Below, one piece after another: positions 44,781-59,134 of a DNA stretch of 64,000 nt (positions are counted from its first letter, which is position 1; every line of letters begins with the position of its first letter). Both the position numbers and the translations under genes were made by a program. Under the pieces are notes generated by a model. That model made no database searches. It was not told the DNA's origin and saw only the letters and a program-made list of their open reading frames with translations. The stretch comes from Chrysomallon squamiferum (lineage: Eukaryota; Animalia; Mollusca): contig CM022672.1 of NCBI GenBank assembly GCA_012295275.1, forward strand, positions 27,900,001 to 27,964,000. Reading direction: 5' to 3'.

Positions 44781-46746
44781 TGTTGCTGTTGGTGTAATAA
44801 TTCTTCTAATAATAATTCACCACATTTGTATGTAACTAAAATTATATAATAAATGTCCACTTATTGACTCAATTTAGCAGCGTAAATGAAGATATATAAT
44901 AACACTAATAGATCATCGTTTAATCTATACCATTAGAGCTTGGATAAAACAAGCAAGAGACGGTTGGTATTCACAAACATTATATTACTGTCAACGATGT
45001 ATAAACTAATTACAACGTTCAGATGTGTTCATTAATCAAGCAATACAGAATAAAGATATGAAATTGCAGTAATACGTTTCAAATAATTAGTTAATTTGTA
45101 ATTTTGAGAGAGAGAGATTAATAATTTGTTTATTTCACAGCTGCCGATGGTGTTAAAGAATTTTGTGCGACGGGATTGCCTCACCCCCCATTTATTCCTA
45201 AAGGTCGTTACACTGTAACTCCAGTCCCGGATCCGTGCTATGAATGTATGTGTACAGAGTCCGGACTCACATGCTGCGAGTAAGTTGTTGTCAATAAACT
45301 GATAATATTACTTTTATTTATTTATTTAATTTAGTATATATGTTATAGTAAAACTGGAAAATTAGGGATTTCTGAACTATCTCTCTTGTGTTATGCTCGC
45401 GATTTGTGCAGTATTCCATGGATCCTAAGAAAGTGAATGCAAAGGACAGTGCTGAGAAGAAGAAGCGGATGATGTCCATTGAATTAAAGATTGAATTCAT
45501 AGAAAAACATGAGCGAGGTGTGCGTGTAGTCAACATGGCTAGGCAGAACGAACGTAGTAATTACCATATTGAACCAGACGGAGTCGATAAAGGCTATAAC
45601 TCGATCCAAAGGTGTTAAAACAATTTCTAAGCTGCAGACCTATGTCCATGAAAAGATGGAGAAACCCTAACCCTGTACACTTTACAAAATCAATTTATTT
45701 CTTTACATTCTCTTTTATTTTGTTTTTTAAACAATATTTGTCATTTATACATATATTTATATTATTTAAAAACACGTTACAAAATACTTGGGTGGTTTGG
45801 GGGGGGGGTTGCTGGTTTTTTTGTACCTTTTATGAAATAATCTTTTAATTTGGCGTTATCAAAACCCTCGGGTACGAGTCGCAGAGACTTTGTTGTTGCA
45901 CTATTTTTTAATTTGAACCATTTCGCTGTGAATTTCAGTGGACCATTATACCATCTAATTCTAAATATGTACATGTTAGCTGCCACAGCTTAAAGTCTCC
46001 TACGTAGCAACTCATGACGCCCATAACAACCTGTCTGTCACGTCCCTCCGTCCGTAAATAGACTACTTTGAGTCAAGTTTGTCAATGGACGTTAATATTC
46101 GCGCGCATGCGCAATAGGAATATGAAACACCTCTAATGTCGTTGAACAGGTGAAATGATTTCTTGCAATACGAAATTTCATGAAATATACTCTTTTTCAT
46201 CTTCGTTCAATGTATATCATATCTTTTAAAAAGAGGTAAGTAGAACCAGGAATATAGAATTATAACGACCTGAATTTTATCTCGTATTACAAGGAAACAT
46301 TTTGAAAAACCCAAACAACAACAAAATTTGGTGGATGATTTGGCTAATAAAGAGATAAATACTGTCCAAATAAAATGTCTTCTAAATGTGGATATGCGTA
46401 AGACAAACATTATGTACCAAATTATTTTATTATATTCTTTAAGTAAAATAAATGTGATGCAGCAGCTATAATGTAAAATTGTGATTCATTATTACATCAA
46501 TTTTTTTTCTGAATGTTTTTAGTGAGTAATATATTGAAATTTAATTGTGCATTATTTTTGTAGCAAAGATGGTTTAGAGCATTCTCAACAATTTTTAAAA
46601 TTCAAATATGTTTCATGTTATCTTCAGTCATCCGAAAACATTTCTTCAGTAACCAATAGATTATGATGAATAAATAAATTACCCATTTCTTGTTTTTCAG
46701 GTGTTCTCCGTATCAAATTCTACAAAGAAATGAAAGAAATGGATAA
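43883..46746 (+). CDS. Beta-microseminoprotein (PSP94/MSMB)-like secreted cysteine-rich protein, C-terminally truncated, 95 aa
   Basis: Exons 43883-43985 (MKVFLLFATVVVMMLKTSYQLQYICFFGPLREAL), 45141-45279 (TADGVKEFCATGLPHPPFIPKGRYTVTPVPDPCYECMCTESGLTCC) and a probable last exon 46701-46746 (ECSPYQILQRNERNG*), with AATAAA near 46785. The C-x2-C-x-C-x6-CC spacing equals that of PSP94. The last exon is less certain than the first two. Confidence 0.72.
45380..45810 (+). mobile_element. Tigger/pogo-derived element, copy 2 (truncated), in an intron of the MSMB-like gene
   Basis: MDPKKVNAKDSAEKKKRMMSIELKIEFIEKHERGVRVVNMARQ; DNA similar to 24780-25180. Confidence 0.85.
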
Positions 46747-47015
46747 CTAGTTCTTTACACATGAAATGTAATCACTCCTTAATTTAATAAATGTTTGCAA
46801 TCACTTGAAAGTAATATTACAAAATAATATAGAAATAACTGAAAATTCTTCACTACTCACAAACAACTTATTATCTATATGTAGATAGCATATAGTTCAG
46901 TTAACCGAAGCCTTGCATTTTCATAACTATAATTAAAATGGAAAATCAAGAAAAAAAAAGACCACCTCCAAAAAAAAAAAAAAAAAAAAAAAGGAAAAGA
47001 AAAAGAAAGAAGATA

Positions 47016-47159
47016 ATGATCGGCCTGACTGGCGAGTATCGTGTTGTCAAGAAGCTGTCGTCACGAGAAGTCGCTTTGGTAAAATATTGTGATACACAAA
47101 ATCTATGCCGACGAGTCGACCTTACAAACAGTTTCGAAGACTTTAAGATGTTTCTTTAG
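47016..47159 (+). pseudogene. Orphaned, decayed ancestral terminal exon of the MSMB-like gene
   Basis: GLTGE-Y-x8-R-x13-C, with D five residues before the last C, matches PSP94 C64-x8-C73-x13-C87 spacing. TAG at 47157-47159 is followed at once by AATAAA. Upstream is a purine tract with no usable acceptor. Confidence 0.55.
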
Positions 47160-48049
47160 AAATAAAAACGATCATGCTTCGTGTTATTTCTGTACAAATT
47201 TATTGTTGACTTCTTGTAGATATTTGTTTTATGATGTTTAAACTGCAGAAAACCTGACTAGCAAGTTAACTGTTCCAGGGGGAAAATTAATCGCACCAGA
47301 AAAATATTTAAAATGTACCTGTGGATACTATTATTATTTGTACTTTCATCTTAACAGTTTCATTATATCTTGCAGGCATTCTCTACTAATAAAACAGACT
47401 GATATTAAATAAATAAATGAAACAAAATTAATTTTGGCAGCATCATCGTTTTGACAAGGAATGAAACATTCAGTTGTACAGTCAGAACTTTATTTTCGGT
47501 AGAGGTTAAAAATGAAGAAAACAAATCACAGATAGCAGAAAATGATAAAGACGAAAAATACGTGGATAAATAACTAACTAGATGACGAATATGATTATGA
47601 TGAAACCCTATTACAAAATAATTAGAAACTTAATTCATAGCGATATCTGTATATATTTATACATCATTACAAAAATAAACATTATGAATGTAAAATGATA
47701 TACAACAATACATAACATTTTTATTCAAACTTCTGTAATACATTAATTGTTTCCATAATTTAGTTCAATGATTCATTTTTAATGCAAATCATACAATAAT
47801 GACAATAACGGCGACTACAACTATTACAAGATATACAAAAATTTAAATATTCAAAGAGCAGTATATACATGGGAGAAAAACAAAACTCAGAATAAATAAA
47901 GAAACAAAATGGTAAATAAATAAAGAAAGAAAGAAATGATGAAGAAATGAAGAAGGTAAGCAAACGAAGGTGATTTATTTTAAATAATATTTCCATTGAT
48001 TCTCGCAGTTGAAATGCAAAATCTCGCCGAGGTGGTCAGTGTACTCAGT

Positions 48050-49860
48050 GTCAGGGTTGTTGTGGCTGATCTACTCGACTTTCAGAGACCGGATTCTGGC
48101 ATCGACAGCTCGGTATTTTCGTTTTCGTGCCGGAGCTCGCCAGTGACCATCTAATTGCTGTAGTCTGACTTCCACTGTAGACTGCTCACGTTTCAATAGA
48201 CCTACCACCTCAAATACGTTCGGATGACTCGTCTAGGCGATTTGATTGATTTTTCCAAGTGGTTATTTGTCCGGTGACTGTCATTGCCAAAGTGGTTCCA
48301 CATTTCTGGAGTCCATGGCCATTCTCTCCAGTCCATCAGTAATGTTACCTTTTCATCCTGTGGACTGTCGGCATCCTCAACTTTGTCCAGCAGGAGCACA
48401 CCTTACCACCTTTTCTGCATCATCGTTTTAAATATATAATGGTACCTTGACTTATGAGTTTAGTTCGGTCCGTGGCCGAGCTTATAATTCAATTTGCTCG
48501 TATATCAAATCAATTTTCCCAACTGAAATTAATTGAAATACCAGTAATCCATTCCAGTCCCCCAAACTGGTTTTGTAAAGTGCATTTATCTTATTTTAAC
48601 GCCTTTGGCTGGATTTACAGCCTTTGTCGACTCCTTTTGCTTCAGTATGGTACTGCCTAGCCAAGTGGAATACATGCACACGTTTCTCTTTCTTTTCTAT
48701 GATTTCATGCTTTAATTCAATGGACATCCCCCACTTCTTCTTCTTAGAACTGTTCTTTGCACTCACTTTCTTAGAATCCATGGTCAGATGCTTGGCGGCG
48801 AGATAACCATGTGACGTAAACGAGTGAGACGTGGGATACTGGGCGGATGTTGTGTTGTTCGATGCGCCAACTTGCAGCGGCGTATCTGAAACTCGCTCGT
48901 AACCGGATTTTGGCTTCAACTCAAAGCAGAAAATCGATAAAGTGACTGCTCGTAACTCGGAAAATTCGTAAATTGGTGCATTCGTAAGCCAAGGTACCAG
49001 TATATTTTGAAGCAAAACATACTTTTTTGCGTACGACGCCAAATACTGAGTGTAATGGTAAAAAGAGCCTCTTAGTCGTGTGGTGGGGAATACTGTGCGT
49101 ACAGTGTTGTGAGCGGATCTCTCAAAGTCCATCTGAAACATCATAAGAGCGAAAGGAAATCCTAGGTCATGGCAAGCATCTTGGATGTGTGTGTCTTCTG
49201 TGCGGTTGGGGAGAAAAGAAAACACAAGGGGAAACACTTGTCCTTGAGATTCGGCATGGACAGCATATAACTGATCAAAAAGCTTGAGTACTGAGCAAAA
49301 TGTCCCATATGAAAATACAACATCAATCTCATGCAACAACTCCATGTTTTTATCAGTCGCGAACAATAATATTGGCTCTTGTTCTTCAACTCGGCGCAGA
49401 AAAGGATCTCCTCCCTCGGGACGGGTTACTCGTCTTCCAGGTTAATTTCCTGTTTGTCTGGGGTAGTCGGGGTAGGGTTTTGTGGCGTTGTCGGTGTAGT
49501 ACCGTCTTGAGGAATCTCGTCTAACATACAGTCAGGCACAGCATCGTGTCCCTTCCTCATTGGTGTAAATCTTCGGAATTAGCCAGGTTTGCCTTGAATG
49601 CGCCTACGTGCTTAATGAATGGCACCGCCGCGTGGTTGTGCTGCATTCGTTTTACCATCTGCAACATGTTGCCCACAGCTATGACGTAGGCTCTGCACTG
49701 CGTGTTAACACATTTCCGATATGTTCTCTCTCCATTCTTTTTATTAACTCGACATTTATGTTCGATATAATATAGATGCCTGCTGCCTTGTAGTGTCTCA
49801 ATGTAAGTCACTCGAACCTGTTCAGCTGCCATTATTTTAAATCTCAAAGAGTTTCCCATT
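48050..49860 (-). pseudogene. Decayed MULE (FLYWCH-type) transposase, interrupted by a Tigger element
   Basis: FLYWCH-like YIETLQGSRHLYY...RKCVNTQCRA...QHNH; FATDKNMELLHEIDVVFSYGTF...QLYAVHA...VFPLVFSFLPNRT...FQMDFERSAHNTVRTVFP...GSFYHYTQ; WNHFGNDSHRTNNHLE. Confidence 0.87.
48437..49002 (-). mobile_element. Tigger/pogo-derived element, copy 3, nested in the MULE relic
   Basis: TA|taatggtaccttgacttatgag ... ttcgtaagccaaggtaccagta|TA; encodes MDSKKVSAKNSSKKKKWGMSIELKHEIIEKKEKRVHV. Confidence 0.87.
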
Positions 49861-52070
49861 TCTTACAAAACAGGCAAAACCTACAATGCCAAGCGCCAGC
49901 TCAATCAAAATACTACCCAATAATCCTTTAAAACAGCAGAGACCAATACGATAGAAAAAAACAAATGTGGAGAAAAAGAAGAAATAACAATGAACGAAAA
50001 TAAACACACACAAGCGTCTGCTCAATTGCTACCCCGAACAGTAAAGACAACATGGCTCACTCTGCAACGCAGGACATATAAACCAGTTAGTTGCTTCTGT
50101 TTCCCGGGACATTCATAATTCGGCAAACCGGTACATCACAAAATAGGATTTTCTAGGTCCCAGGCTGACACCACAAAAATCCCTCGCGAGCCGGATGTTA
50201 ATAACAGTAACACGTTCAAAACACATACACACGCACACAATAAAAAACACAATTTGGATCTTACAGATGCTGATACATTCAAATAGTCTGAAACGACACT
50301 TTTCAGACTTCAAGTTTAAAATATCAGATGATTTATCTTTCTATTATCTCAGTAATTATTCTATTTACGATCCATCCCTGTATTTGTTATACTGTAATAC
50401 CAGTGACTTCATTAAATTCATATTCCCCTCCCCTATTTTTATATAGCATATTGAATTTAATTTGTATGCTGTATACTGAATACAGCTGGGTTATTGTGTA
50501 CAGATACAAATGTAGTATTAATCTTAATGTTATTTGATGCTGTTGTTATCATTACTATGTTTAATCAGGACTCAGTATATTTTAACATTAATCATATTAG
50601 CTGGCAACATATGTTTCTTTCATATAATGAATGGTATGAAAGTGGAACTCCACTATTTTGTAATCTTTTTCCATCGATTAACAGCAACGAGCTTTCCATA
50701 CGTATCTTTCCGATAGGTATAAACGTTTACATCATGGTAATGATAAACTTGCTGGATCGTGTTAGAGCGCGTCGCGCCAACTCTCTGCCATTGATGCAAC
50801 AACTCATTGTTTGCACTTACAACAATTACAAGTGGAAGTATCTTAATCAGTGAGCCAGTGAATTAGGAATAAAACTAGACTTTTAAACTGTATTGCTGTC
50901 TCGTGTAACATACTTAAAAATGTAACTTACGTAATCTCTCGCTTCAACACTGTAATAAGAAATGTACATGTTAGTCTTGATTGACAAGTAAGAAATGTAA
51001 TTATCTTCAAAAGATCGGGTCACAGTGTCCCTTTGTAAACAACATCTGCGACATTCTCGTATATTAAAACAGCCATTCAGTGAACACAAAAGCAAATCTA
51101 TACCAAGAACTTTAGTGGCAGTATTTCGTTTCAGCTATGTGACCCTTCTTGCACGGGTCACACAGCGTTCGTTGTTTGTCACAAGAGGTAAATATCGTTT
51201 GCGTGATTTTGAAGCGTTTATATTCGTTAACTTGTAAAAATGATTTTGAACGGTTAAAAAATTGATGATGAAGATGTAAGAATGATATTATTACATCATG
51301 AGGAAATGGAAAATGTTTCAGGATTTATACTTTAAAATCTGCACAACTGTGTTTCGAAGTAATTCTCTCATCGCACCCAAATATAACCCATCGTTAAACG
51401 TCGTATACACGCTTTGTATGTGTATGTATTTATGTATTATGTATCTATGTATTATGTATTTATGTATTATGTACGTGCATGTTTATGTCTGCGTGCACTA
51501 TTTGTTATAGCCATTTTTCATTAATATATGAATCTCCACGTATAGATATGTATGTTGGTATGTGTATTACAGACAAGCGCGCGCACACAGACACACCCAC
51601 ACGTAAATAAAAACTGTATACTCCGCTCTTTGCAGTTGCTGTGTGCAGATGTGTTTCTGCCTGTTAACTGATAATCTCGGTGTAGCTTGAAATTATTCAT
51701 TTATCTCTCAATGATTCTTGGGCGGATCGAGGCGTGTTGGTTGAGGGTTTTCTAGATTTTTATTTAAAACATAAATGTATTTTTCTGTATGTAATATATG
51801 TGTAAGATTTTAAACTTACGAACTTACTGTTCTTTTTAAGACTAGTGTTGTTAAGACAACAACTGCTTGAGAAATTTACACGGTCGTATTACAACTGTTC
51901 TAACTAACGGTATTATTTATTTATTTATTTATTTGTTTATTATTATTATAATGCTGTTATTATTGTGTTTTTTGTTTGTTCTCTAATTATTATTATCACA
52001 TTTATTTTTGGCACTAGAAAAAATTATTTTTAAGTTTATTTTTTAATTTTATTATAATTATTGTAATTAA

Positions 52071-52125
<55 letters not shown>

Positions 52126-52274
52126 ATCATTATTATTATTAATTTATTCAGGAAAGGCAAGAAAGTCTAAGGAAGTGTTTACGTTATATAGTTGTTTTTA
52201 TTTTTTATTTTTATTTTTTTTAAACTAAATTAATTAAGCTTATAATTACAGCTAATTTGTTTGACATCAGAGTG

Positions 52275-55200
52275 ATGAAAATACGTCGTTGTTGTCGGCG
52301 TTGTGCATATTCTCCCACGCTTGTCGTTATTCTGGGCTGTGTCGTTGTTCTTCAGTTCCTGATCTTGTTTAAAGATCAGAGTCGAGGTTTTCAAAGAGGT
52401 AAAAATGTGTTATTGTTATTATTGTTATTATTGTCAGGGTATTGGTTGATCTAGAGAATAACAACGTGAGTCTGGGATTACTTTTCAATGGGAATTCTTT
52501 TTATTTATATAAAATGGTTACATTCACTACAAATTAATCTTAAACAAAATAACTCAAACATTTTATTTAGAACAACAGTCGTATATTAGTTGTGCTAGTG
52601 CACGTAGGTAATAATTTGAGCAATAATGATGTAGTCCTATTTGCCATTTATAATGTATTTAACTTTGTGTTATGTATGTTTACCGTTTGGTATTCGACAT
52701 TGTTCGATAATTTTATGTATTTGGTTCATTAACTAAATAACTGTGCTATACACACTCAGTATTCATGTACATTTTAAAATAGTCATAAACAAATAACTCG
52801 GATACTATCTAGAATAAACGTAATACGTGATATTTCTAACATTTCTAAATGCGGCAATATCTTATATTAAAGACTGTGTATTAAATGGTGACATCCACTA
52901 CATTAATAAGAGTCTTTATCTTTCGTATTTCATAAATGCTAGTCATCTGTCATATTTCTTACAATAATCTATGGTTTACTGTGATCTGTTAGATTAAGTA
53001 AGCAGTCTAATATAAAAATACAATATCGAAGCCAACATGTATCAACATAATAACATGAAATGAAAAGTAATTATAAAATGCATACCTAGAGAATAACAAC
53101 GTGAGGCTGGAATTATTTTTCAGCGGGAACCTTGAAAAAAACATAACGTGTTAATCAGAGCGAGCTGTCATGAAGCATGTCTGCTTTCTGACAGGTCACT
53201 GGGCGTGTCTGTCGCTCAGCGGGAACTAATGTTTTCATTTATGTACTCAGCCCTTTTGTTTAAACTAAATTATATCGGTTACGTAACTAAGTGGATATTT
53301 CTTTGTTATGTGTATAATGTAAAGATGCTACTGTCGTTGATTACAAATGTAAAGTACTTTGAAACTACGCACACAAATCCTGAGAATACGCTAAGGAAGT
53401 CTCAAAGAAATGGAATAATGATAAAAAGCAAGAATTGTGCGATAACTTTAAAAAGCAGAAACATTTGTTAAATGAAATATCCACAAATTTAGAAAATTGC
53501 AAGTCAACGAACGTTGATTCTGAATTTATAAATGCTATGTTTATAACTGCAGCTAAAGATAATTTTGGGAAGACCCCCCCCTCATGCTACAATAAAGAAA
53601 CATCCTCTTAATAAGGCGTTATAAAATTGCAAGAAAAGAAGACAAAAAAGGTAGTCGAAGATATAAACAATACAGTGGAAGTATACTGAAAGCTGGCTTG
53701 AAGTACAAAGAGAATCAGTATAAACAAATGCTAAATAGATCTGTTAAGGAATATAGAACATCTGTTAAACAAAAAATGAAAATACTAAAAACTTCAGATC
53801 CAAAAGAGTACCGGTCAGTGCTGAGCAGCAGTAAGAAGGGAGAGTGAAATGTAGATGTGTCGGTTCATTCTTTGTTTCATTTTCTCAATGCTCTTAATAG
53901 TAATGTTGACGTGACACCAATAGAACAGTCTGGAGAACTGGATTATGGAATGAGTTAATTAGGTCTGGTATAAATGGAAAATGTTTTAATGTGTTAGTAA
54001 ATGTGTATAAATGTACTAAGACAAGATTTACAGCGAACGGTTTGTTAGCTGACAGTTTTAATTGTGAAGTCGTTGTCATGGAAGGAGAAAATTTCTCGCT
54101 ATTTTTATTTTCTAATTTTTTCTAAATGACTTTGAGGAGTTTCTTACACTGTCAGCAGAATCACCGGAAGCTTTACAGCATACCTTAACATTGGAGGCTT
54201 AAAGTAAATACAAATAATAATAATAATAATAATGATGATGATGATTTCCGGTAAAGGGATACAAATTATATATTTAAATTCGATTGATAACAATAAAACT
54301 TTGGGCTGACACTTTACAAGAAACGGTCTATTCAGTTACAATGAAAAACAAGTATGTAACAAAGCAAATAAAGCTATGTTTAGCCTAATAACTAAAAGTC
54401 ATCAGAATAATCTCTCCGTCGACTATATACTTGATTTATTTGACAAACTAATATAAGCAATTTTATTGTATGGTTGTGAAATATTGGGTTTTACAATAAA
54501 AAAGAAACTCCATGTGAAATTTTGTAAATATTTACTAAGTTTTAATAAATGTACCACTGCTTCTATGATCTATGATGAACTAGGGCAGTATCCCCTTCGT
54601 ATCTCTATAAAAGTAAGAATGATAACCTTTTGGGGGAAACTAATTTACAAAAGTCAAAACAAGATTTCCTCACAACTATATCATTTAATACATGTTATCG
54701 ATTCTTCTTGGAACGAATTTGTGAAAAATATTTTAGATGACTGTGCTTTAACACATAAATGGATATGTTACAACTTTCATAATATTAAAAGGTCATGTGA
54801 AACAGTATCGAAAATATTACATGATCAGTATCTACAAAAAATAAAAAATAAAACTGATACGTCTCCAAACGGTATTAATTATAAATTTTCAAAACATTAA
54901 GTGAAATTATAAAATTATTTTACTGTGCTGTCTCAAAAGAATGATAATGTCTTATGTAAATTTAGAACTCTAATGTTTCAATAGAAAGATGGTTTAATAT
55001 TCTAAGAGAAAATAGAAAATGTCATATTTGTAATCTTGACAGAATTGGAGATGAATATCGTTATATATTTGAAAGTAATGATGCTATATTATCATGCCAG
55101 ATAAATACATGAGACATCCAAATATATTTTTATATAATAATTTATTTGATAGCAAAAATATGTTTATATTAAACAAGTTATACTTGTTAATAAGAACCAT

Positions 55201-55432
55201 ATGTGAGAGAGTATATCCTCTACGTTAAGCTTTCACGCATGTGCATTTTTATTTTATGTGTCTCTGATACCTTCTTCTCTTACTGTAATCCTACAGTTTA
55301 CTGCAATAAATCATTGTCATTGTCATTATCACTAGTAATTGTAACCCTGGCATGTTTTGACCAATGTTTATATAAATGTATCAGTAATAGTAATAACAAT
55401 TAAAATTAAAAGAAAAATTATGATTGAAATGC

Positions 55433-55515
<83 letters not shown>

Positions 55516-58171
55516 GTTTATATATTTATTTCTCGTGAACAGAGTACACAAAAATATCAGAGGAGAAAATGACTGAAACTGTAACCACAACACGATCAGC
55601 TTTGACGTCAATGAAAAAGATTAACTATTTTCAGGTACGTATGAAAAATATTAGATAATTTACTATATCTGATATAGTTTCTCGAAAGAATTATAAACAA
55701 CATATACTGAAAATAAATATATATCGTTATGCAACAAAGGCACATTTTTTTTCTTTGAATCATATGAGTTGATGAAATAGCATGTTACTATGAAAAGAAA
55801 AAAACAGTTTTGAATAGATAGACTCAACACATTTTAAGACTATTTCGTTTAGTATATATGGTTAAGAACCTTTAAGTCATGACAGAGAAAGTAGGCTACG
55901 TTTTCTAAATTAGCAATGCTCACAGAGCTTCCAGCAGACAGAGAATTCATATTTCTGAGTGGTAAGAATGTTAGGATAGAAGTGTCCTATAGGACATCCA
56001 CGCCAGTGCTCTTCCATTAAAACAACCCACTCAGCGACAGTAGTAGGTACATTACAGTTAATAATAAGACGACTTTACGTAGATATCTACTTAGCAAAAT
56101 GTAAGATGATAACTCAAGACAGATTTCTAATCAGATTAGGATTTCAGAATAAATTATTAACTACAATACAGTGTATTACAATGAATTATAAATACGTGAT
56201 TATCTTCCTAGTGAGGTAAATACTGATAAAACCTCTTCATGTATTATTAATGAAGCAGAAACCTCCGTGTGTGATTTGTGACATTTGTTAGAATTCCTAA
56301 GTTACAATTTATGGAACTCTTCTATTTGTTTGTTAGTTTAGTTTTGAGTATCATAAATATGAATATATTTAAAATAAACAGTTACTATTGACATTAACAT
56401 TTGCATCAAAACATAAAATCACATCATGAATTCATATTTTTCAGACCTGTACTTGTGGAATGCATTTTCATGTAAATGATACTGAGGCACTGATTTATCC
56501 ATCGAAACAGAAAAACAAAGGTTTGCAAAAAAAAAAAAAAAAAAAAAAAAAAAACATCAATTAAATAAATAAATAATATTAAAAAAGATAGAAGTAAAAT
56601 AAAATTTTAAAAATGTATTGAAAGAAACACTTTTATCATCTTATTCTTACGTGCATGACAAATATTAAAATGAACACCTACCATAATGTTGTACCTTATA
56701 AATACACTTATACTTCAGTGCATGAACACTAAACTTTGCTAATAATATAGTATAGAAACAATATATTAAAATATCAGTTTCTGTGTAATCTTTCATTGTC
56801 AATGACAATAAATAATAACGTCACTGTTAAATCTTTGCATTAAGCCATTTGTACGAATCAACAAAGGAAAAGGTAAATACAAATCAGTCTTAAATTAGTT
56901 TCTAGGATAATGCTGTATGTATAAATTTAAAGTAAATAAAATATTTAACGGTATATTGTTCTGAGTTATTCTTTTACAAGTTGTTGTATAAATATAGATA
57001 TCGTTTATCGTTTTTAATTTCAGTTTTTCTAACTATTGGAATTCCAACAATCAGACGTCAGGGAAATAACAATTACTTGCTTCAGACATTGGAATCGCTA
57101 ATTTCGAATATGGCTGAGAATGAGAGACGTGATGTCATGATTGTTATTTTTCTGGCAGATAAAGATTCCAAATCGAAGTCAATGATTGCTGACAGCATCA
57201 AGAACAAATTTGGGAATTTCATAGAAACTGGGCTAATCAATGTTATTCAAGCACCAACTGATTATTACAATGCGATAAATATCACTAAGCAAACATACGG
57301 CCAGCCTAATAACTATGTTAAATGGAGAGCAAAACAGAATTTTGATTATGCATATATTTTTAAATACAGCATAGGAAAGTCTTCTTATTATATGCAGATT
57401 GAAGATGATGTGCAGACATTACCTGGTTTTCTAAACGCGATTAAAAAATATATAAAAGAACAGACAGATGCGTGGACTTGTTTGGAGTTTTCTGAGTTAG
57501 GTTTTATAGGCAAACTGTATCGAAATGAAGATCTTGAAAAGATGGCCATGATGTTTCTGCTGTTTTACCAAGAACAGCCGGTGGATTACACATATCTCTA
57601 TTTCAATCTACTAATGACACAGATGACCAAGAAACTTCGTAAGCCAACTCTGTTTCAACATTTGGGCATCTACTCTTCATTTCCAGGTAAAATGCAGCCG
57701 CTGAAAGACAGGTTTTTTGATAATTACACAAAAATGTTCAAGGCCGACAATCCTCAAGCGGAAGTGTTTACCTCACTGGGCACATACCTAACATTTCTGC
57801 CTCGGCTCGCATACCAAGGTGAAGGATATTTCTGGAGTCACGGGTCGCCTAGCGACGGCGATGCGTTCACGGTAATATTCCAGGAACCACAGAGACTTGT
57901 TCGGGTTGTCGTGCTCACTGGTTCCGAAGGACACCCGGATGATAGAATCGAACATGCACGTCTAGATGGATTTCTAACACTTTGGAAATCTGATACAGAG
58001 GTCAAATGCACCAATGTTATATTTTTAGGAAATTTTGAAAACGGGAAAATAGACGCTCACTTATTACTGGATAAAATAAATTTTAAAGTAATGTGTTTAC
58101 GCATTACAATTACCAAAACACAGACAGCTTGGGTCATTATAAAAGAAATTGCTGTGTTTGTCTCCAAGTGA
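52275..58171 (+). CDS. MGAT4C: Alpha-1,3-mannosyl-glycoprotein 4-beta-N-acetylglucosaminyltransferase C-like (GT54 family), 479 aa
   Basis: Exons 52275-52398, 55543-55634, 56445-56520, 57024-58171, 1440 nt in frame. Type II TM LVVILGCVVVLQFLILF. GT54 motifs FLTIGIPTIRR, NYLLQTLESL, KWRAKQNFDYA, YYMQIEDD, LEFSELGFIGKL, PTLFQHLGIYSS and ADNP, followed by a C-terminal lectin-type domain. The exact paralog assignment is uncertain. Confidence 0.92.
53480..55330 (+). mobile_element. Decayed non-LTR retrotransposon (RTEX/CR1-like) in an MGAT4 intron
   Basis: RT fragments LWNELIRSGINGKCFNVLVNVYK, LDLFDKL..ILLYGCEILGF, MIYDELGQYPL, and C-terminal CHICNLDRIGDEYRYIFE. The 3' end is AATAAA followed by a (cattgt)n tail near 55305-55327. 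Confidence 0.85.
55815..56030 (-). mobile_element. Degenerate SINE fragment (same family as 18683)
   Basis: actcaacacatttt...atatggttaagaacc...gagaaa..ggctac....aattagcaa. Confidence 0.45.
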
Positions 58172-58387
58172 AGTTATACATCGCGTTGTATTATCAGTGT
58201 TCTTTTAACAATGGTAGATTTGCATCTTCAGGCACAAAACAAGCTCAGAAAATACTGTTCTCATGATTCACGTATATTTAATTCTCTTTATTCTTATACG
58301 TATTAAAAAAATACTGTATTTTGAAAATATCACAACAAAAATCCCAGTGTCTCAACTGTCTTAAAAATATTTTAATTTTATTTATTC

Positions 58388-58442
<55 letters not shown>

Positions 58443-59024
58443 TTAAAGATTTTATATTTTAATTTATATATTTGTTGTTTTTAATGCATGTTTTTTAATG
58501 AAAATCCTGTTTGTAGAAGTAAAATAGCGCTGTGTTTGGCGAGCTATTTTGTAGTTCATCTTCGGGAACAAAGTCATAAAAATTCGTTATGGGAATAATG
58601 ACAAAATATGCATCATAGACATTTTCTGGAATATAAAGATCATTCCTTAGATTCGGTCAGTCACACCATGCATGTTAGACGTTATTTTAATAGAGCCTAG
58701 GTGTTATTTCTGACAAGATTAGCCCATAAGTATACTGGAATAAACTGTCTGCCTCCTTTAAAAAAAGACATTACCTAGGAAAAGTTAAATTAATATTCGA
58801 TATCAAGTAAATGGAATGACGCAACATAAAAAGAACTGAACACACCCACAAACACACACTCGCCCATATACCACAAAGACATAGTCATATATTACTTAAG
58901 TAAATGAAATTATTAAAAAAAAAAAAAAAAACCAAAACAAAAACAAAGTGTAATCTGAAAGCTGGTTAAAAAAAAATAATTTAATTGAAATAAATTTAAC
59001 GCTTATCGTTAAGGTTTTTTCATA

Positions 59025-59134
<110 letters not shown>

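Noticed and set aside
46103-46112. NRF1-type palindrome GCGCATGCGC in the MSMB-like intron
   Set aside because: An isolated motif with no associated gene start; such motifs are common inside transposon remnants.
48596-49366. 256-aa ORF as a MULE-HTH fusion protein
   Set aside because: Chance read-through from a decayed MULE into a nested Tigger copy. The conserved DGTF motif reads YGTF and the flanking frames are broken.
52451-53130. Short direct repeat ctagagaataacaacgtgag at 52451 and 53087 as LTRs or a TSD
   Set aside because: Too short for LTRs, with no TG..CA ends or internal coding sequence; probably a local duplication.
56981-57023. Start of the 396-aa ORF as the MGAT4 N-terminus
   Set aside because: It is a TTG start within an intron; the real N-terminus with the TM anchor is spliced in from 52275.
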